64,000 bases of DNA from a virus: the IMG/VR virus record IMGVR_UViG_3300025684_000014, positions 59,668-123,667 of that record; one strand, 5' to 3'. This document shows positions 48,171 to 58,744 of the stretch, piece after piece; the stretch's first letter is position 1; each line of letters begins with the position of its first letter. Under the pieces are notes generated by a model that worked only from the letters and a program-made list of their open reading frames with translations, did no database searches and was not told the DNA's origin. Both the position numbers and the translations under genes were made by a program.

Positions 48171-49160
48171 TTGTCTTGGTCTTTTGTAAATCATATTACT
48201 AATGAACTGTCTCGAAACTTTTTAAGCGAACAAAAAGCACCTACATTGTGGCCAAGCTCAGCTACTGCTGTTGTAGATGGCAAAGTTCTTGGAAAATGTA
48301 GGCGCCAAGCTTTTTATAGATATGCATATGATTCTTATCACTTTAGTGAAGAGTATGATAACTATAAAGAGTTGGCTGAAACTATTTCTGAGTTAAAAAT
48401 ACCTGCTAGCGAATACACTCGTTGGATTTGGAGAGCAGGTGAGCTTTATGAAGAATACTGTATAGATTTAGCTAAAGAATCTGGTGTTTTTCTTGGTACT
48501 CAGATTTCTGTTTACATACCAAAACTTAATGTATCTGGTAAAATAGATCTTATTGTTTTGAATCCTGAAGACAAAACTTACCATATTGTAGAAGTTAAAT
48601 CTGTTTACGGTTTTAACGCAAATTCTGTTATGGGTACAGATGCTACTCATAAAAAAGGAATCCTTGGTGAACCTAGAGATTCTCACTTAATGCAGCTTGG
48701 TATTTATCAATGGTGGTATGGTAACCCCAAGGGTTGGGGACCTGGAATCTTGCTTTATGGAGCTAGAGACACGGGTAGGTTTGCTGAATATTACGTTACA
48801 GTAGAGACAGCTGAAGATGGTCTTGATTATATTTATTATCAAGGCAATTATCCTGTAATTACTGAAAAAGTAAATTCTGGCATAAGCATGCAAAATGTAA
48901 TGTCTAACTATAAACTTATATTAGACGCTCTTGATTCAGGTGAAATCCCTGAAAGAGATTATGACCTTCTTTATTCTGATGAAAAGATTGACGCTATGTA
49001 TGAGGCTGGGCAGTTAACTAAAACTGATACAGCTCAATATGAAAAGCGCAAAAAACAAATTGAAGAAGGCAAAACAAAGCTAGTTAAAAAAGTTGAAAAA
49101 GGAGATTGGCAATGCCGTCTCTGCGATTACAAAAAGGTTTGCTATGGAGAAGACTCTTAA
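48171..49160 (+). CDS. Cas4/AddB-like PD-(D/E)XK exonuclease
   Basis: C(RRQ)...GKID...EVKS...QL.IY...CRLCDYKKVC. Confidence 0.8.
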   Translation: MSWSFVNHITNELSRNFLSEQKAPTLWPSSATAVVDGKVLGKCRRQAFYRYAYDSYHFSEEYDNYKELAETISELKIPASEYTRWIWRAGELYEEYCIDLAKESGVFLGTQISVYIPKLNVSGKIDLIVLNPEDKTYHIVEVKSVYGFNANSVMGTDATHKKGILGEPRDSHLMQLGIYQWWYGNPKGWGPGILLYGARDTGRFAEYYVTVETAEDGLDYIYYQGNYPVITEKVNSGISMQNVMSNYKLILDALDSGEIPERDYDLLYSDEKIDAMYEAGQLTKTDTAQYEKRKKQIEEGKTKLVKKVEKGDWQCRLCDYKKVCYGEDS

Positions 49161-49372
49161 GTCTTATTATATAGATTATAATATTGATAATAATATTAAA
49201 GAAACACTAGGCCCTTTTTCTTTTAACGAAGGGTCTAATTTTTTTATTAATAAACTTTCCCATTATACTAAATCTAAAACAAAAACAGATTTTTTCCTTT
49301 CTAGTATTTTTTATATGAAAAAAGAAAACAAGAAATTTGTTTTAATAAAAAAGAATTTAACTAAGGTTAAAA

Positions 49373-50452
49373 ATGATAAGTCATAATGATTTGATTTTTT
49401 CTCTTGATACACCTTCTTCTCCAAGGCTTGCTACAGATGATGTTCTTTTAAAACCTTCAATTGGTAAGTTACCTTCTAGGTCTCTTGCTAAAACTTCCGC
49501 TTCTTTTGTTTTTGGTAGTCCCATGGATGTTGTTACAGGCATAGCTCTTTCGAAAGCTATGCTTGATTCAAAACAATGTCCGGTTTTTTGTAGGTTTCTT
49601 GATGAAGAGCAAAGACTTTATGCTTTAAATAGATTTTCTTTTTATGAAAATTTTTGGTTTTCTGTTGGTGCTTCTTATGAAGATTATGAATTCGTATTAT
49701 CCAACTTGCCTAAAAACAGTTCGATAAATATTTCTGTAGATGTGGCGCATGGCGCCACATCTCAATTGCAGGAAATTTATAATCTTTACTCAAAAGCACC
49801 TTGGTGTAAAAAGTTAATGTCTGGTACTATTGCTACTGTAGAAGGAGCAAAATATGTTGTTGATGCAGGTTGTACTCATGTTCGCGTCGGCATTGGCCCT
49901 GGTTCCGCTTGTTCTACTCGTATTGTTACAGGTGTTGGATATCCTAACTTGTCTGCTGTATACGAAATATACAGGTACTTCTCAGATTTACCTGATAATA
50001 GTTACCGGCCTTTTATTATCGCTGATGGCGGCATTAGAAATAGTTCGGATGTTGTCAAATACCTTTCAGCTGGTGCTAATGGTGTAATGCTAGGTAGTAT
50101 GCTTTCTTCTTTGAAAGAATCTGAAGGCTGGATATACCCAAAGAAAACTTTTTTTCCTTTAAGTAAAGATTTAAAACCTTATAAGTATTATAGAGGTCAA
50201 GCTTCTGCTTCTTTTCAATTAGAAAAAAGAGGCAAAATAAATTCTGTTCCTGAAGGAGTTCAATCTCCTAATAAAATATATCAAACTATAAATTATCTTA
50301 ATTTTCATCAAGATTTAGAAAAAGCAATTAGCTCTTCTTTATCTTATTTAGGCCTTACTGATATTAATCAATTAAATCCTAAAAACGTATCTTTTGTTCG
50401 AATTACTCCTAGTGGCTTAAATGAAAGCCGCCCCCACATACTTTCCTCTTAA
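49373..50452 (+). CDS. IMP dehydrogenase / GMP reductase family protein
   Basis: SPMD, VDVAHG, GIGPGSACSTR, IADGGIR, YRGQAS, VPEG; no CBS domains. Confidence 0.9.
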   Translation: MISHNDLIFSLDTPSSPRLATDDVLLKPSIGKLPSRSLAKTSASFVFGSPMDVVTGIALSKAMLDSKQCPVFCRFLDEEQRLYALNRFSFYENFWFSVGASYEDYEFVLSNLPKNSSINISVDVAHGATSQLQEIYNLYSKAPWCKKLMSGTIATVEGAKYVVDAGCTHVRVGIGPGSACSTRIVTGVGYPNLSAVYEIYRYFSDLPDNSYRPFIIADGGIRNSSDVVKYLSAGANGVMLGSMLSSLKESEGWIYPKKTFFPLSKDLKPYKYYRGQASASFQLEKRGKINSVPEGVQSPNKIYQTINYLNFHQDLEKAISSSLSYLGLTDINQLNPKNVSFVRITPSGLNESRPHILSS

Positions 50453-50465
50453 GGAGATTTTTCAA

Positions 50466-52961
50466 TTGTATATTACCGATATTGACGAAGTAGTTTCTCT
50501 TCTACGTTCAAAACTTACTGATTACTTAGCTGTTAAACTAGGTGATAACTTTTCTTCTACTAAAAAGTTTAAATGTTTTGCTCATGACGATAATAGTCCA
50601 AGCATGCATATTAATCCTAAAACTTCAAATGAAACTGTAAAATGTTTTTCTTGTGGTTTCCATGGAGATATTTTTACAGTAGCTAATCATTTTGATAACT
50701 TGCCTACTAACGGTCCAGAATGGCTTACTGTAACTATTCCTGAGCTTTGCGATGTTCTTAATGTTAATTACTCGCCTGGTTCTTTGACTCAACAAGATAG
50801 AGAGCGCATCTCTTTGTTTAAGTTAGCCCAAGATATTTCTGATATTTTAGGTTCACTTTCTCTTAAAGATAACGATTATATTGTTGAGCGTGCTTGGCTA
50901 CAACGCTTCGTCCCTATCGGCTCAATTGATCCTGATATTCTTATTAATAAACTTATTGAAAGAGGTTGGGATTCTTCTTATATAAATTCTACAAATCTAA
51001 TTAAGACTAGATATATTTCTTATTTTGGAGAAGACAAGATTACTTTTCCAATTAAAGATCATCTTAAGAGAACTGTAGGGTTTATATGCCGTAATTTGGA
51101 CTTTGAGTCTCAAGGAGTACCCAAGTATGTAAATACTCCAGAGTCCATTATATATAAGAAAAACCAAGCTCTTATGGGCATTGATATAGCTTATAGAGAA
51201 GCTAAGAAATATGGCTTGTATATTGTAGAAGGTCCTGGCGACCTTATGCAGCTTTACAGGCTTGGAATCAAAAACGCTGTTGCAGTTTGTGGTACTTCTT
51301 TTACAGAAAATCACCTTTTGTTTCTTAAGCAAATTGGAATCAGAAAGATTTATTTGAATTTTGACTGGGACCCAGCAGGTTATGCTGCTACTCATAGAGT
51401 TCTTGAGAATATACTTAAATCTACTTCTGGTTTTTCAGTTTATGTTGTGGCCTCTCCTGAATCTTCTGATTTTAAAGATGTAGATGACTTTTTAAAAGAC
51501 AAAGAAGACCCTATGGATTATCTTGGTCTTGAGAAAATCCCTGCATTTAATTGGCAACTTAAATCTTTTTCTGATTCAGAAACTCCAGATGTAATTTGTC
51601 AAAAAATGATTCCTATTATTGCTGCAGAAGAAACAGGTGTAAAACGTGAACTTCTTATTAAAGAATTAGCACAATTCACTACTGTTTCTACAAACTCAAT
51701 TGCTTCTGATGTAAGCGCTATTAGAAATAATAAATTTTCAGAAAAGATTGAGAAGACAAAGGCTGCTGCTGAAGCTTATCTTAGGGCTGTTTCTGAAGAC
51801 CCCGATAATATTCGTTCTCATATTGCTTTCCATGAGCAAAATGTAGAACTTATTGAGAAAGAATTCAAAGTCGATAGCATTGGTATTAATTATCAATTAA
51901 ATCGTTTTGAATCTATCCAGGAGCTTAGACAGCAATCTGGTGAAGATGAATCATCTACTTCTTTCAAGATGAATTATTTTTACAACTTTGCTGACAATAT
52001 GGGTGGTGGTATGCCTTGGACTACTGGTACATTGATGTACGTAGGTGGTCGTGCAAACTCTGGCAAAACTGCTACTTGTTTAATGATCGGCACTGATATA
52101 GCTATGAGTGATGAAAATGCTCTTGTTATTATTCACAGTACGGACGACTCTTATGAGCAAATTGAACCTCGTATCAAAACCAATATTTACAGAATGGCTT
52201 ATCCAGATGGGCCTTCTCTATCTATTGGTATGGTTGTACAACCCAATTTTCATCTTGCTCAACTTCCAGAAGAGTATACAAAGGCTTTTAACAAAGCTAA
52301 TGAAATCTTTAGAGATCTTATCGAAAAAGAGCGTTTAGTAATTATTGATTCTGAAGATGGCGCTAATCTTTCTACTCTTGAAAGAAATTTGCGTTATTAT
52401 CGTAGTCGTTATCCTAATCGTAAAATACTTATGGTTTGTGACAATACTCACAACTATATGGATTTTATGAATCTTGAGCAATCAGCACGCATGACTATGA
52501 TTTCTAATCAACAGAAAAATCTTACAGTAAAATATCATGCTTGCATGATTGCTACTGCAGAATATCGCAAGAATATGCCTATGGATCATTCTAAGATGCG
52601 TTTACCTGTTGATGACGATCTTGCAGATGCACGCGCACTTATGTATCGTCCAAACGTTATTTGGCATGTTTACAACGACATGCACGATCGTAAAGAGCAT
52701 GCTGAGATATTCTGGAACGATCAAGAGGGCAATATGCGTCCTAGATTGTTACTTCACTTTACTAAAAACAAGATCTCTGGTTTCAAAGATAAGCTTGTTT
52801 TGGATCTTGATCCTAAAACAGTTTCTCTTAAGCCAGTTGATCAAAAACAAGCGCTTACTGATGCAGAGTCCTTTAGAGACTTAAAAGATTCTGGTCAGGC
52901 TTACACTAACGGCAAACAAATAAAATATGTTCATGCTGAAGAATATTACGACGAAACTTAA
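50466..52961 (+). CDS. DnaG-type primase / DnaB-like helicase fusion (probable TTG start)
   Basis: CFAH...CFSC zinc finger, KYVNTPES, VEGPGD, FDWDPAG (TOPRIM), GRANSGKT; AAGGAG upstream of TTG at 50466. Confidence 0.88.
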   Translation: MYITDIDEVVSLLRSKLTDYLAVKLGDNFSSTKKFKCFAHDDNSPSMHINPKTSNETVKCFSCGFHGDIFTVANHFDNLPTNGPEWLTVTIPELCDVLNVNYSPGSLTQQDRERISLFKLAQDISDILGSLSLKDNDYIVERAWLQRFVPIGSIDPDILINKLIERGWDSSYINSTNLIKTRYISYFGEDKITFPIKDHLKRTVGFICRNLDFESQGVPKYVNTPESIIYKKNQALMGIDIAYREAKKYGLYIVEGPGDLMQLYRLGIKNAVAVCGTSFTENHLLFLKQIGIRKIYLNFDWDPAGYAATHRVLENILKSTSGFSVYVVASPESSDFKDVDDFLKDKEDPMDYLGLEKIPAFNWQLKSFSDSETPDVICQKMIPIIAAEETGVKRELLIKELAQFTTVSTNSIASDVSAIRNNKFSEKIEKTKAAAEAYLRAVSEDPDNIRSHIAFHEQNVELIEKEFKVDSIGINYQLNRFESIQELRQQSGEDESSTSFKMNYFYNFADNMGGGMPWTTGTLMYVGGRANSGKTATCLMIGTDIAMSDENALVIIHSTDDSYEQIEPRIKTNIYRMAYPDGPSLSIGMVVQPNFHLAQLPEEYTKAFNKANEIFRDLIEKERLVIIDSEDGANLSTLERNLRYYRSRYPNRKILMVCDNTHNYMDFMNLEQSARMTMISNQQKNLTVKYHACMIATAEYRKNMPMDHSKMRLPVDDDLADARALMYRPNVIWHVYNDMHDRKEHAEIFWNDQEGNMRPRLLLHFTKNKISGFKDKLVLDLDPKTVSLKPVDQKQALTDAESFRDLKDSGQAYTNGKQIKYVHAEEYYDET

Positions 52962-53262
52962 GGAATTTTAATATGCCCTCAGAAAACTCTATGGGAATCT
53001 ATGTTTTATCAGATAAAACTTTTTATTATCTAGAAGCTGGACCTAACTATATTGGCAATTCAGTCGATAGAATTAGAAAAGCTTTGATACATAGAGGACT
53101 TATACAAGGTCTTCTTGATTCACCTAATAAAGTTCAATATGAAATTATTTCATATAAAGATGCTCAAAGAAAAGATATGAATATGAAACCTATTTATATC
53201 TCGAAACATCTTGAAAATATTATGAAAACTCAAAATAAACCTTCTTCTTCTGGAGGGTTTAA

Positions 53263-53601
53263 ATGAGTCTAAAAGATTTTTTTACGGCTAACACTTTTAC
53301 AAAAGTTTATAAAGAAGCTGCTTTTCATGGTTTTCTTTTTGGAATTTTTGTAACTGCTGTTACTTGTTTTTTATTTAAAGAAACTCCTGACAAATCTGTT
53401 GTTTGCAAATTCGAATTACAAGAAGTCGTTTCTTTAAGAACTCGCTTATTAACTCAAGATAAAAATTGCTCTTCTAAAATTGATAAAGCAAAAACTCTTG
53501 GTTTTGATGCTGGCAAAAAAACTTGTACAGATGTTACTCTAGAACAAAAATGCAATGAAATTTTTGATCGTTATTTAGAGAAACATTGCAGGAAAGATTA
53601 A
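53263..53601 (+). CDS. Membrane-anchored Cys-containing protein
   Basis: N-terminal transmembrane segment, several Cys. Confidence 0.5.
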   Translation: MSLKDFFTANTFTKVYKEAAFHGFLFGIFVTAVTCFLFKETPDKSVVCKFELQEVVSLRTRLLTQDKNCSSKIDKAKTLGFDAGKKTCTDVTLEQKCNEIFDRYLEKHCRKD

Positions 53602-54056
53602 TTATGAAATATCTACTCGTTTTTTTATTATTCATTTCTGATGTTTATGCAAAACCTTTTATAGAAGAAGATGACGTAAAATTCTTTTCTTCTATAGATT
53701 TAGATTGCTGTTATGTACTTGAACAAGGTGAAGCTGCCCCTTATTCTGGCTTTTTATTAACACCTTATGAAATAATTTATATAAAAGACGCTGTAGATTT
53801 TTCTGCTCAAAAAATACAAGAAGCAATTCAATTAGAAATTGAAACCTGTTCTTTAAAACTTGAAACCTGTCATGACTCTTCTAATTCTTTTGTAGATCAA
53901 TTAAAAGATACTCTTTATGAATACGAAACCAAATTAGACTTTCAAGATAAAGAGAATATTAAACTAAAAAATAAACTTACTAATGGTAAAATATTTTTAG
54001 CTATTTCTTTACCTTTAGTTTTTACTTTAGGATATTTTTTAAATAGTGTCTTCTAG
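53586..54056 (+). CDS. Exported coiled-coil protein with C-terminal membrane anchor
   Basis: Signal-like N-terminus, GEAAPYSGFLLT, coiled coil, C-terminal TM. Confidence 0.55.
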   Translation: MQERLIMKYLLVFLLFISDVYAKPFIEEDDVKFFSSIDLDCCYVLEQGEAAPYSGFLLTPYEIIYIKDAVDFSAQKIQEAIQLEIETCSLKLETCHDSSNSFVDQLKDTLYEYETKLDFQDKENIKLKNKLTNGKIFLAISLPLVFTLGYFLNSVF

Positions 54057-54807
54057 AAAAAATTATACTGAAACTCAATTTTTAACTGCTCTTGATTGTG
54101 GAAATTTATTAAATTTAAATCATAATAATTACCAATTAGATCAGTCTCAAAAAATTACTTTAAAAACATTACAAAACTTTTATATTTCTATATATGAAAT
54201 GACTGTTATAGAAGATATAGATTATCTTTTGTATTCAGCTTTTTTAAAAACAGTTTCTCCGATAATGCATAATTATCCTGATTCTTGGTTTAAAGAAACT
54301 TTCTCTTTTGCTGCATCTTTTATTTATTGTTTTTTAAAAAAATATCCTCCCAACAAATTTAAACCTATATATACTGATTTAAATCTTCCTTTTTCTTACG
54401 AAAAGTACAACATAATATTTAACTATCAATTTGTTTTGCATGATGTATCTTTGAAGAAAAAAGATCGACAAATATATGTTTTTGATTTTCTTCAAAAAAA
54501 TGATAATCAAATTACTAGAAATAATCTTTATTATTTAAATAAATATAAATTTGTTTTTGATAAAATTTCATTAATTTTAGGCAAAGATAAAATAAATTAT
54601 GTTTTGTTTTATTTTTCAAACAATTCAAGAAACAAACTTGTTGCTAACGAATTTATTTTTGACAACTTTCTTTATACTCCTAAAGACTTGCCAAAAGTTT
54701 CTTTTCTAGACATATATATGCAAAAGTTTTATTTAAATTTAAAAATACCAACATATCCTTTTTGTGTTAATTTTAAATGCCCAAAAAGAAAGGAATGTTT
54801 AAAATGA
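54046..54807 (+). CDS. Hypothetical protein with C-terminal Cys cluster
   Basis: An N-terminal Cys and C-terminal CVNFKCPKRKEC. Confidence 0.5.
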   Translation: MSSRKNYTETQFLTALDCGNLLNLNHNNYQLDQSQKITLKTLQNFYISIYEMTVIEDIDYLLYSAFLKTVSPIMHNYPDSWFKETFSFAASFIYCFLKKYPPNKFKPIYTDLNLPFSYEKYNIIFNYQFVLHDVSLKKKDRQIYVFDFLQKNDNQITRNNLYYLNKYKFVFDKISLILGKDKINYVLFYFSNNSRNKLVANEFIFDNFLYTPKDLPKVSFLDIYMQKFYLNLKIPTYPFCVNFKCPKRKECLK

Positions 54808-55086
54808 CTACATCTACTTATGGAGATTTTGTTCTTGCTTCTAGTGCAAGGATTGATTTGCCAAATCATGTTTTTAAAGGTGGTCCATGGACTCATCTTG
54901 GTACAGTTAAAAGATCTTTTAGAGAATTCGTTTGTTTGCTTCATCAGCCTACTCAAAAAATATATCTAGAAGAAATATCTGCTACAGGTCAATTTCATGA
55001 AATTGATGATGATGAGCTTTGGTCTGATCTTCTTAATTTTTTCTTTTCAAAAGGCATTATTGGTTTTGTTAAAGATAAGGAAATGA

Positions 55087-55533
55087 TTGTTGGCACTGAC
55101 TTCGACAAATAATAAACGATCTGGTTGGCTCGACCAATATCACCTTTATCCTAACGCTTCAAAATTTCATAATACTCTTAGAAGTTTTTTTACTACTGAT
55201 TCTTATTTTAAGAAACTTAAATGCTATCAAGAAGTTCCTCTTAAAGGTCTTGTTGATACTTACCCTAATAATTATGATGCTGTAGATTGGTTTATAGATG
55301 AATTAAATACTGTAATAGAGTTGCATGGAAAGCAACATTATGAAAAAGTAATGTTTGGTAAGAAATCTTTTTATGAAGCAGAACAAGATTTTAAAAATAT
55401 TCAATTTAGAGATAATCGTAAAAAAACTTATCTTATTGAAGCTGGATATAATTTTGTAGAAATCTCTTACAAAGAAGCTAAAAAACTCACACCAGAATAT
55501 ATTAAAAATAAAATATTTAACGAAAGTTATTAA
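55087..55533 (+). CDS. Vsr/DUF559-like endonuclease
   Basis: QE...VDWF...VIELHGKQHY...RDNRK. Confidence 0.7.
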   Translation: MLALTSTNNKRSGWLDQYHLYPNASKFHNTLRSFFTTDSYFKKLKCYQEVPLKGLVDTYPNNYDAVDWFIDELNTVIELHGKQHYEKVMFGKKSFYEAEQDFKNIQFRDNRKKTYLIEAGYNFVEISYKEAKKLTPEYIKNKIFNESY

Positions 55534-55534
55534 A

Positions 55535-56170
55535 ATGACACAATTAAAAGAAGCTTTGCTTAACGACCTTATGCAATCCCAAGATATTTCAGTTACTTCT
55601 CCTTATGAGCACAGATACTTTGGAGAAAGCACTAGGTCTTTATCTTTTTTTGGAGAAGTGGAAACTACAAAGGCAGAGCTTTTTATTTCTCAACTTTTGC
55701 ATCTTGAAGAACTTGATCCAGAAGAACCAATTACAGTATTTTTAAATACTGAAGGTGGAAGTCTTATGGACGCTTTAGCAATTTATGATGCTATTAGAAT
55801 TTGCTCTTGTCCTGTCATTATTATCTCTACGGGACTTTGTTCTTCTGCAGGTCTTTTAATATTATCTGCAGGAGATTTTAGAATGGCTACTTCTAATACA
55901 GTTTTCTTTTATCATCAACCTATTGTAGCAAATAGTACTATTGATAGTATTTCTAGTATGAATGCTTTTAAAGACCACTATATTTATTGCCAAGAAATTG
56001 CAGACAATATTATTAAAACTAAAACTAGAATTAAAAAATCTATTTGGAATAAATTCTTTGAAGGAAAAACTTCATATTATTTTGACGCTTTAAAAGCTTA
56101 TGAATATAATATGATTGATCAAATTGTTGAATCAAGAAAAGTAAAATTTAAAATTAAAAAGGATAAATAA
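55535..56170 (+). CDS. ClpP-like protease subunit
   Basis: LNTEGGS, GLCSSAG (Ser), HQP (His), A.EY..ID; the catalytic Asp is not evident. Confidence 0.85.
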   Translation: MTQLKEALLNDLMQSQDISVTSPYEHRYFGESTRSLSFFGEVETTKAELFISQLLHLEELDPEEPITVFLNTEGGSLMDALAIYDAIRICSCPVIIISTGLCSSAGLLILSAGDFRMATSNTVFFYHQPIVANSTIDSISSMNAFKDHYIYCQEIADNIIKTKTRIKKSIWNKFFEGKTSYYFDALKAYEYNMIDQIVESRKVKFKIKKDK

Positions 56171-56535
56171 TGACTACAAGAGGAAGAGGTGCCAGAATAA
56201 AAGGCGCTGCATTTGAACGTTTTTTAGCTAAATATATTACTGAAAATACTGACATTGCTGCAAAGCGTGGGATTGGCCAAACTCGTTGTGGCGGCTCTGA
56301 AGTCTCAGACGTAGATATGCCTATTTTGCATATCGAAGCTAAACGTCATGCTCGTTGCAATATTAAACGCGCTTTAAAACAAGCCATTACAGACGCTAAT
56401 GTAAATGGCAAAATCCCAGTAGCAATTACAAAAGATGATCGAGAAGAAGTACTTTGTACTATGCTTCTTGATGACTGGGTAAAACTTTTTAATGCTTATG
56501 TTTTGTTTTTAAATGATCAAGAAAATAACGATTGA
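56170..56535 (+). CDS. Hjc-like Holliday junction resolvase (PD-(D/E)XK)
   Basis: KGAAFER...SDV...IEAK. Confidence 0.75.
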   Translation: MTTRGRGARIKGAAFERFLAKYITENTDIAAKRGIGQTRCGGSEVSDVDMPILHIEAKRHARCNIKRALKQAITDANVNGKIPVAITKDDREEVLCTMLLDDWVKLFNAYVLFLNDQENND

Positions 56536-57189
56536 TAAAAACACTCTACCTCTTTTCCTTGAGGTAGAATTTAAAACATTTTCTTACTATTATGTTTTAG
56601 CTAAAAAAAATAAATCTAAACAAAGTATAAACAAGCTTTTTTCTTTTTTATTACCTACTTTTAATAAATGGAATATAGCTTATAAACATAATATTTACTC
56701 TGATATTACTATTTACACTTTGTTTAGATTGTTACAAGCAGACACTACTTTTGTAAAAGGTTTTACTTCTCTCTTTTACTTTTTTAATCTTTATCTTATT
56801 AAAAATAATTTAACTTTTCTTGATATAATCTTTGAAGCATTTATAAATCATATCAATAAGCAACATGAGTATATTTCTAAAAAATATACTAATCAAAAAA
56901 CACTTGAGTTTTTTATTGCTAATGATATTAAAATGTTTATATTCACTTCAATAAGATCCTATGCCGCTGAAGCTAGAAGAAATCCTATTTATCATTCATC
57001 TTTGTTAGATGAACTTTCTTCTGAAATTCTTTTTGAAGAAGACCTTTATATAGATTATGATATTTTAGATTCTATAGACGAAGGCTTATATAGGGCGTAT
57101 TTTATCAACGCTTTACTTGGTAATTACTCCCCTACTTTAGATAATAATTTTAAACGAACAAAACAATCAATCCAAAATAAGGATACTTT

Positions 57190-57687
57190 ATGTCACTTAA
57201 TAAAGCAGATGCCATTAAACAATTAGGTAACTCTCCTTCTGTTTCTAATCAAGAATCTCTTGTCAAGAAATTACAGGGTCCAAGAATTAATAAGCAAGTC
57301 AAAATGGTTATTCCAGGTGGCGCTTCTCTTACAGAGCTCGTTAGCAAGGAACAACTACCTACAGCAATTTTTACTTGGCTAAGAAGAGTACGTCATTTTA
57401 AAGATGTTGAAATTTCTTTAGTAGATACTTATGCTGGTAAAGATTATCAAACTTCTACTGTTGTAGATTTTAATACTGCTACAAAGCTCCCTGAGTGGGA
57501 AATCCAAGGAAAGAAATGGCTTGCTGATCAAATTGCCGATGTTCTTAGTATGGACAATGTCTATTCAGTTAAAGTAGAAAAACATGGAATTTCTGTGGTA
57601 TTAGATAAAACAGGTACATTCGGTCCTGATTCAGATTCCTGGGAGCCTAATGTAACTTTTACTCCTCACAAACCAACAGGATTTTAA
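57190..57687 (+). CDS. Hypothetical protein
   Basis: 165-aa ORF with AAGGA ribosome-binding site. Confidence 0.6.
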   Translation: MSLNKADAIKQLGNSPSVSNQESLVKKLQGPRINKQVKMVIPGGASLTELVSKEQLPTAIFTWLRRVRHFKDVEISLVDTYAGKDYQTSTVVDFNTATKLPEWEIQGKKWLADQIADVLSMDNVYSVKVEKHGISVVLDKTGTFGPDSDSWEPNVTFTPHKPTGF

Positions 57688-57969
57688 TTATGAGCTTATT
57701 TAAAGAGAGGCAGGCTTCTTCTAAAAAATTAGTCGCTTTGCAAAATGAAATAATTTCTTTAAAGTTACAACTTTCTCAAACAAAAACATCTTCTAAAGAT
57801 TGTCAAGATTGTGCGGCTTTAAAAGCTGAAATTGCTGATTTAAAAGAATTGCTTGAGCTTTCTCAAAAAGAGCTTTCTCAAGTTCAATCTGATCACAAAG
57901 CAGAACTTAAAAAACTAAAGTCTGAAATTACAAGACTCAAAAAGAAGATCCCAGAAGAGGGATAATACT

Positions 57970-58137
57970 ATGCCTTGTAATTGTAAGAAAAGCAAAAAAA
58001 CAAATTCTTTAAAAAAGATTGATCAAGAGATAGATGAGTTAAAAATCAAAGCTGCTAAAATAGAAGAGCTTTATTTTAAACTTAATGCTTATCAAAAGCA
58101 TCAAGAACAACTCTCTTCTTTGGTGTTTAAAGATTAA
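57970..58137 (+). CDS. Small coiled-coil protein (55 aa, not in the ORF track)
   Basis: MPCNCKK... start after GAGG; stop overlaps the stop of the convergent gene. Confidence 0.5.
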   Translation: MPCNCKKSKKTNSLKKIDQEIDELKIKAAKIEELYFKLNAYQKHQEQLSSLVFKD

Positions 58138-58361
58138 TCTATATCTGGAATATCTTCCAATATAGCTATTCTTCTTTCTAATGAGCTCAAAGTAGTGTTC
58201 ATTGCACTTAGTTCTGTGCTTATTGCTGTAAGCAATTCTGTTACTTGAGTGTTACTTACAAATCTACTTTGAGCTGTAAAAAGATCTCTCAGTCTTTCCT
58301 CGAGATTTGCAATTCTTCTTAACTGTAACTGGTCAAAGTTATTGGTTACATCTATTGGCAT
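58134..58361 (-). CDS. Small coiled-coil protein
   Basis: Heptad pattern; last gene of the minus-strand block. Confidence 0.6.
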   Translation of the reverse strand: MPIDVTNNFDQLQLRRIANLEERLRDLFTAQSRFVSNTQVTELLTAISTELSAMNTTLSSLERRIAILEDIPDID

Positions 58362-58362
58362 T

Positions 58363-58698
58363 TTAACCTCCTAACATCTTGATTAAAAACGCTCCAACTG
58401 TACCTCCAAAAGCACCCCACCCTAGCTTTTCTGCTACAGAAACTTTTAATTGATTAACATCTTTTTTAATTTCTGCATCTTCTTTACGCAACTTATTAAA
58501 TTCTTCTTCAAGTTTATCTACTTTTACTTTAAGTTGAGTTTGTTCTATATTGTGTTTATTTAATTGCTCGATTAAAGTATCAATTTTATCAGAGATCTTA
58601 TTGATATTTTTTTCCAAATTTCCCTCTATTTCCCTTAAGCGATAAGATAAAAGATTTAATTCTGGTGCTGGTGTCTTGCTTTTTTCTTCTAAGCTCAT
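58363..58698 (-). CDS. Coiled-coil protein with C-terminal membrane helix (holin/XhlA-like architecture)
   Basis: Heptad repeats then LGWGAFGGTVGAFLI; GGAG ribosome-binding site. Confidence 0.5.
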   Translation of the reverse strand: MSLEEKSKTPAPELNLLSYRLREIEGNLEKNINKISDKIDTLIEQLNKHNIEQTQLKVKVDKLEEEFNKLRKEDAEIKKDVNQLKVSVAEKLGWGAFGGTVGAFLIKMLGG

Positions 58699-58744
58699 CA
58701 GAAATCTCCTTTTTTCTTTATTTTATCATTTAAGAGAAATGAAT

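Noticed and set aside
48171-49160. CRISPR-Cas system suggested by the Cas4-like gene
   Set aside because: No repeat-spacer array or other cas genes seen; stand-alone Cas4-like nucleases are common in phages
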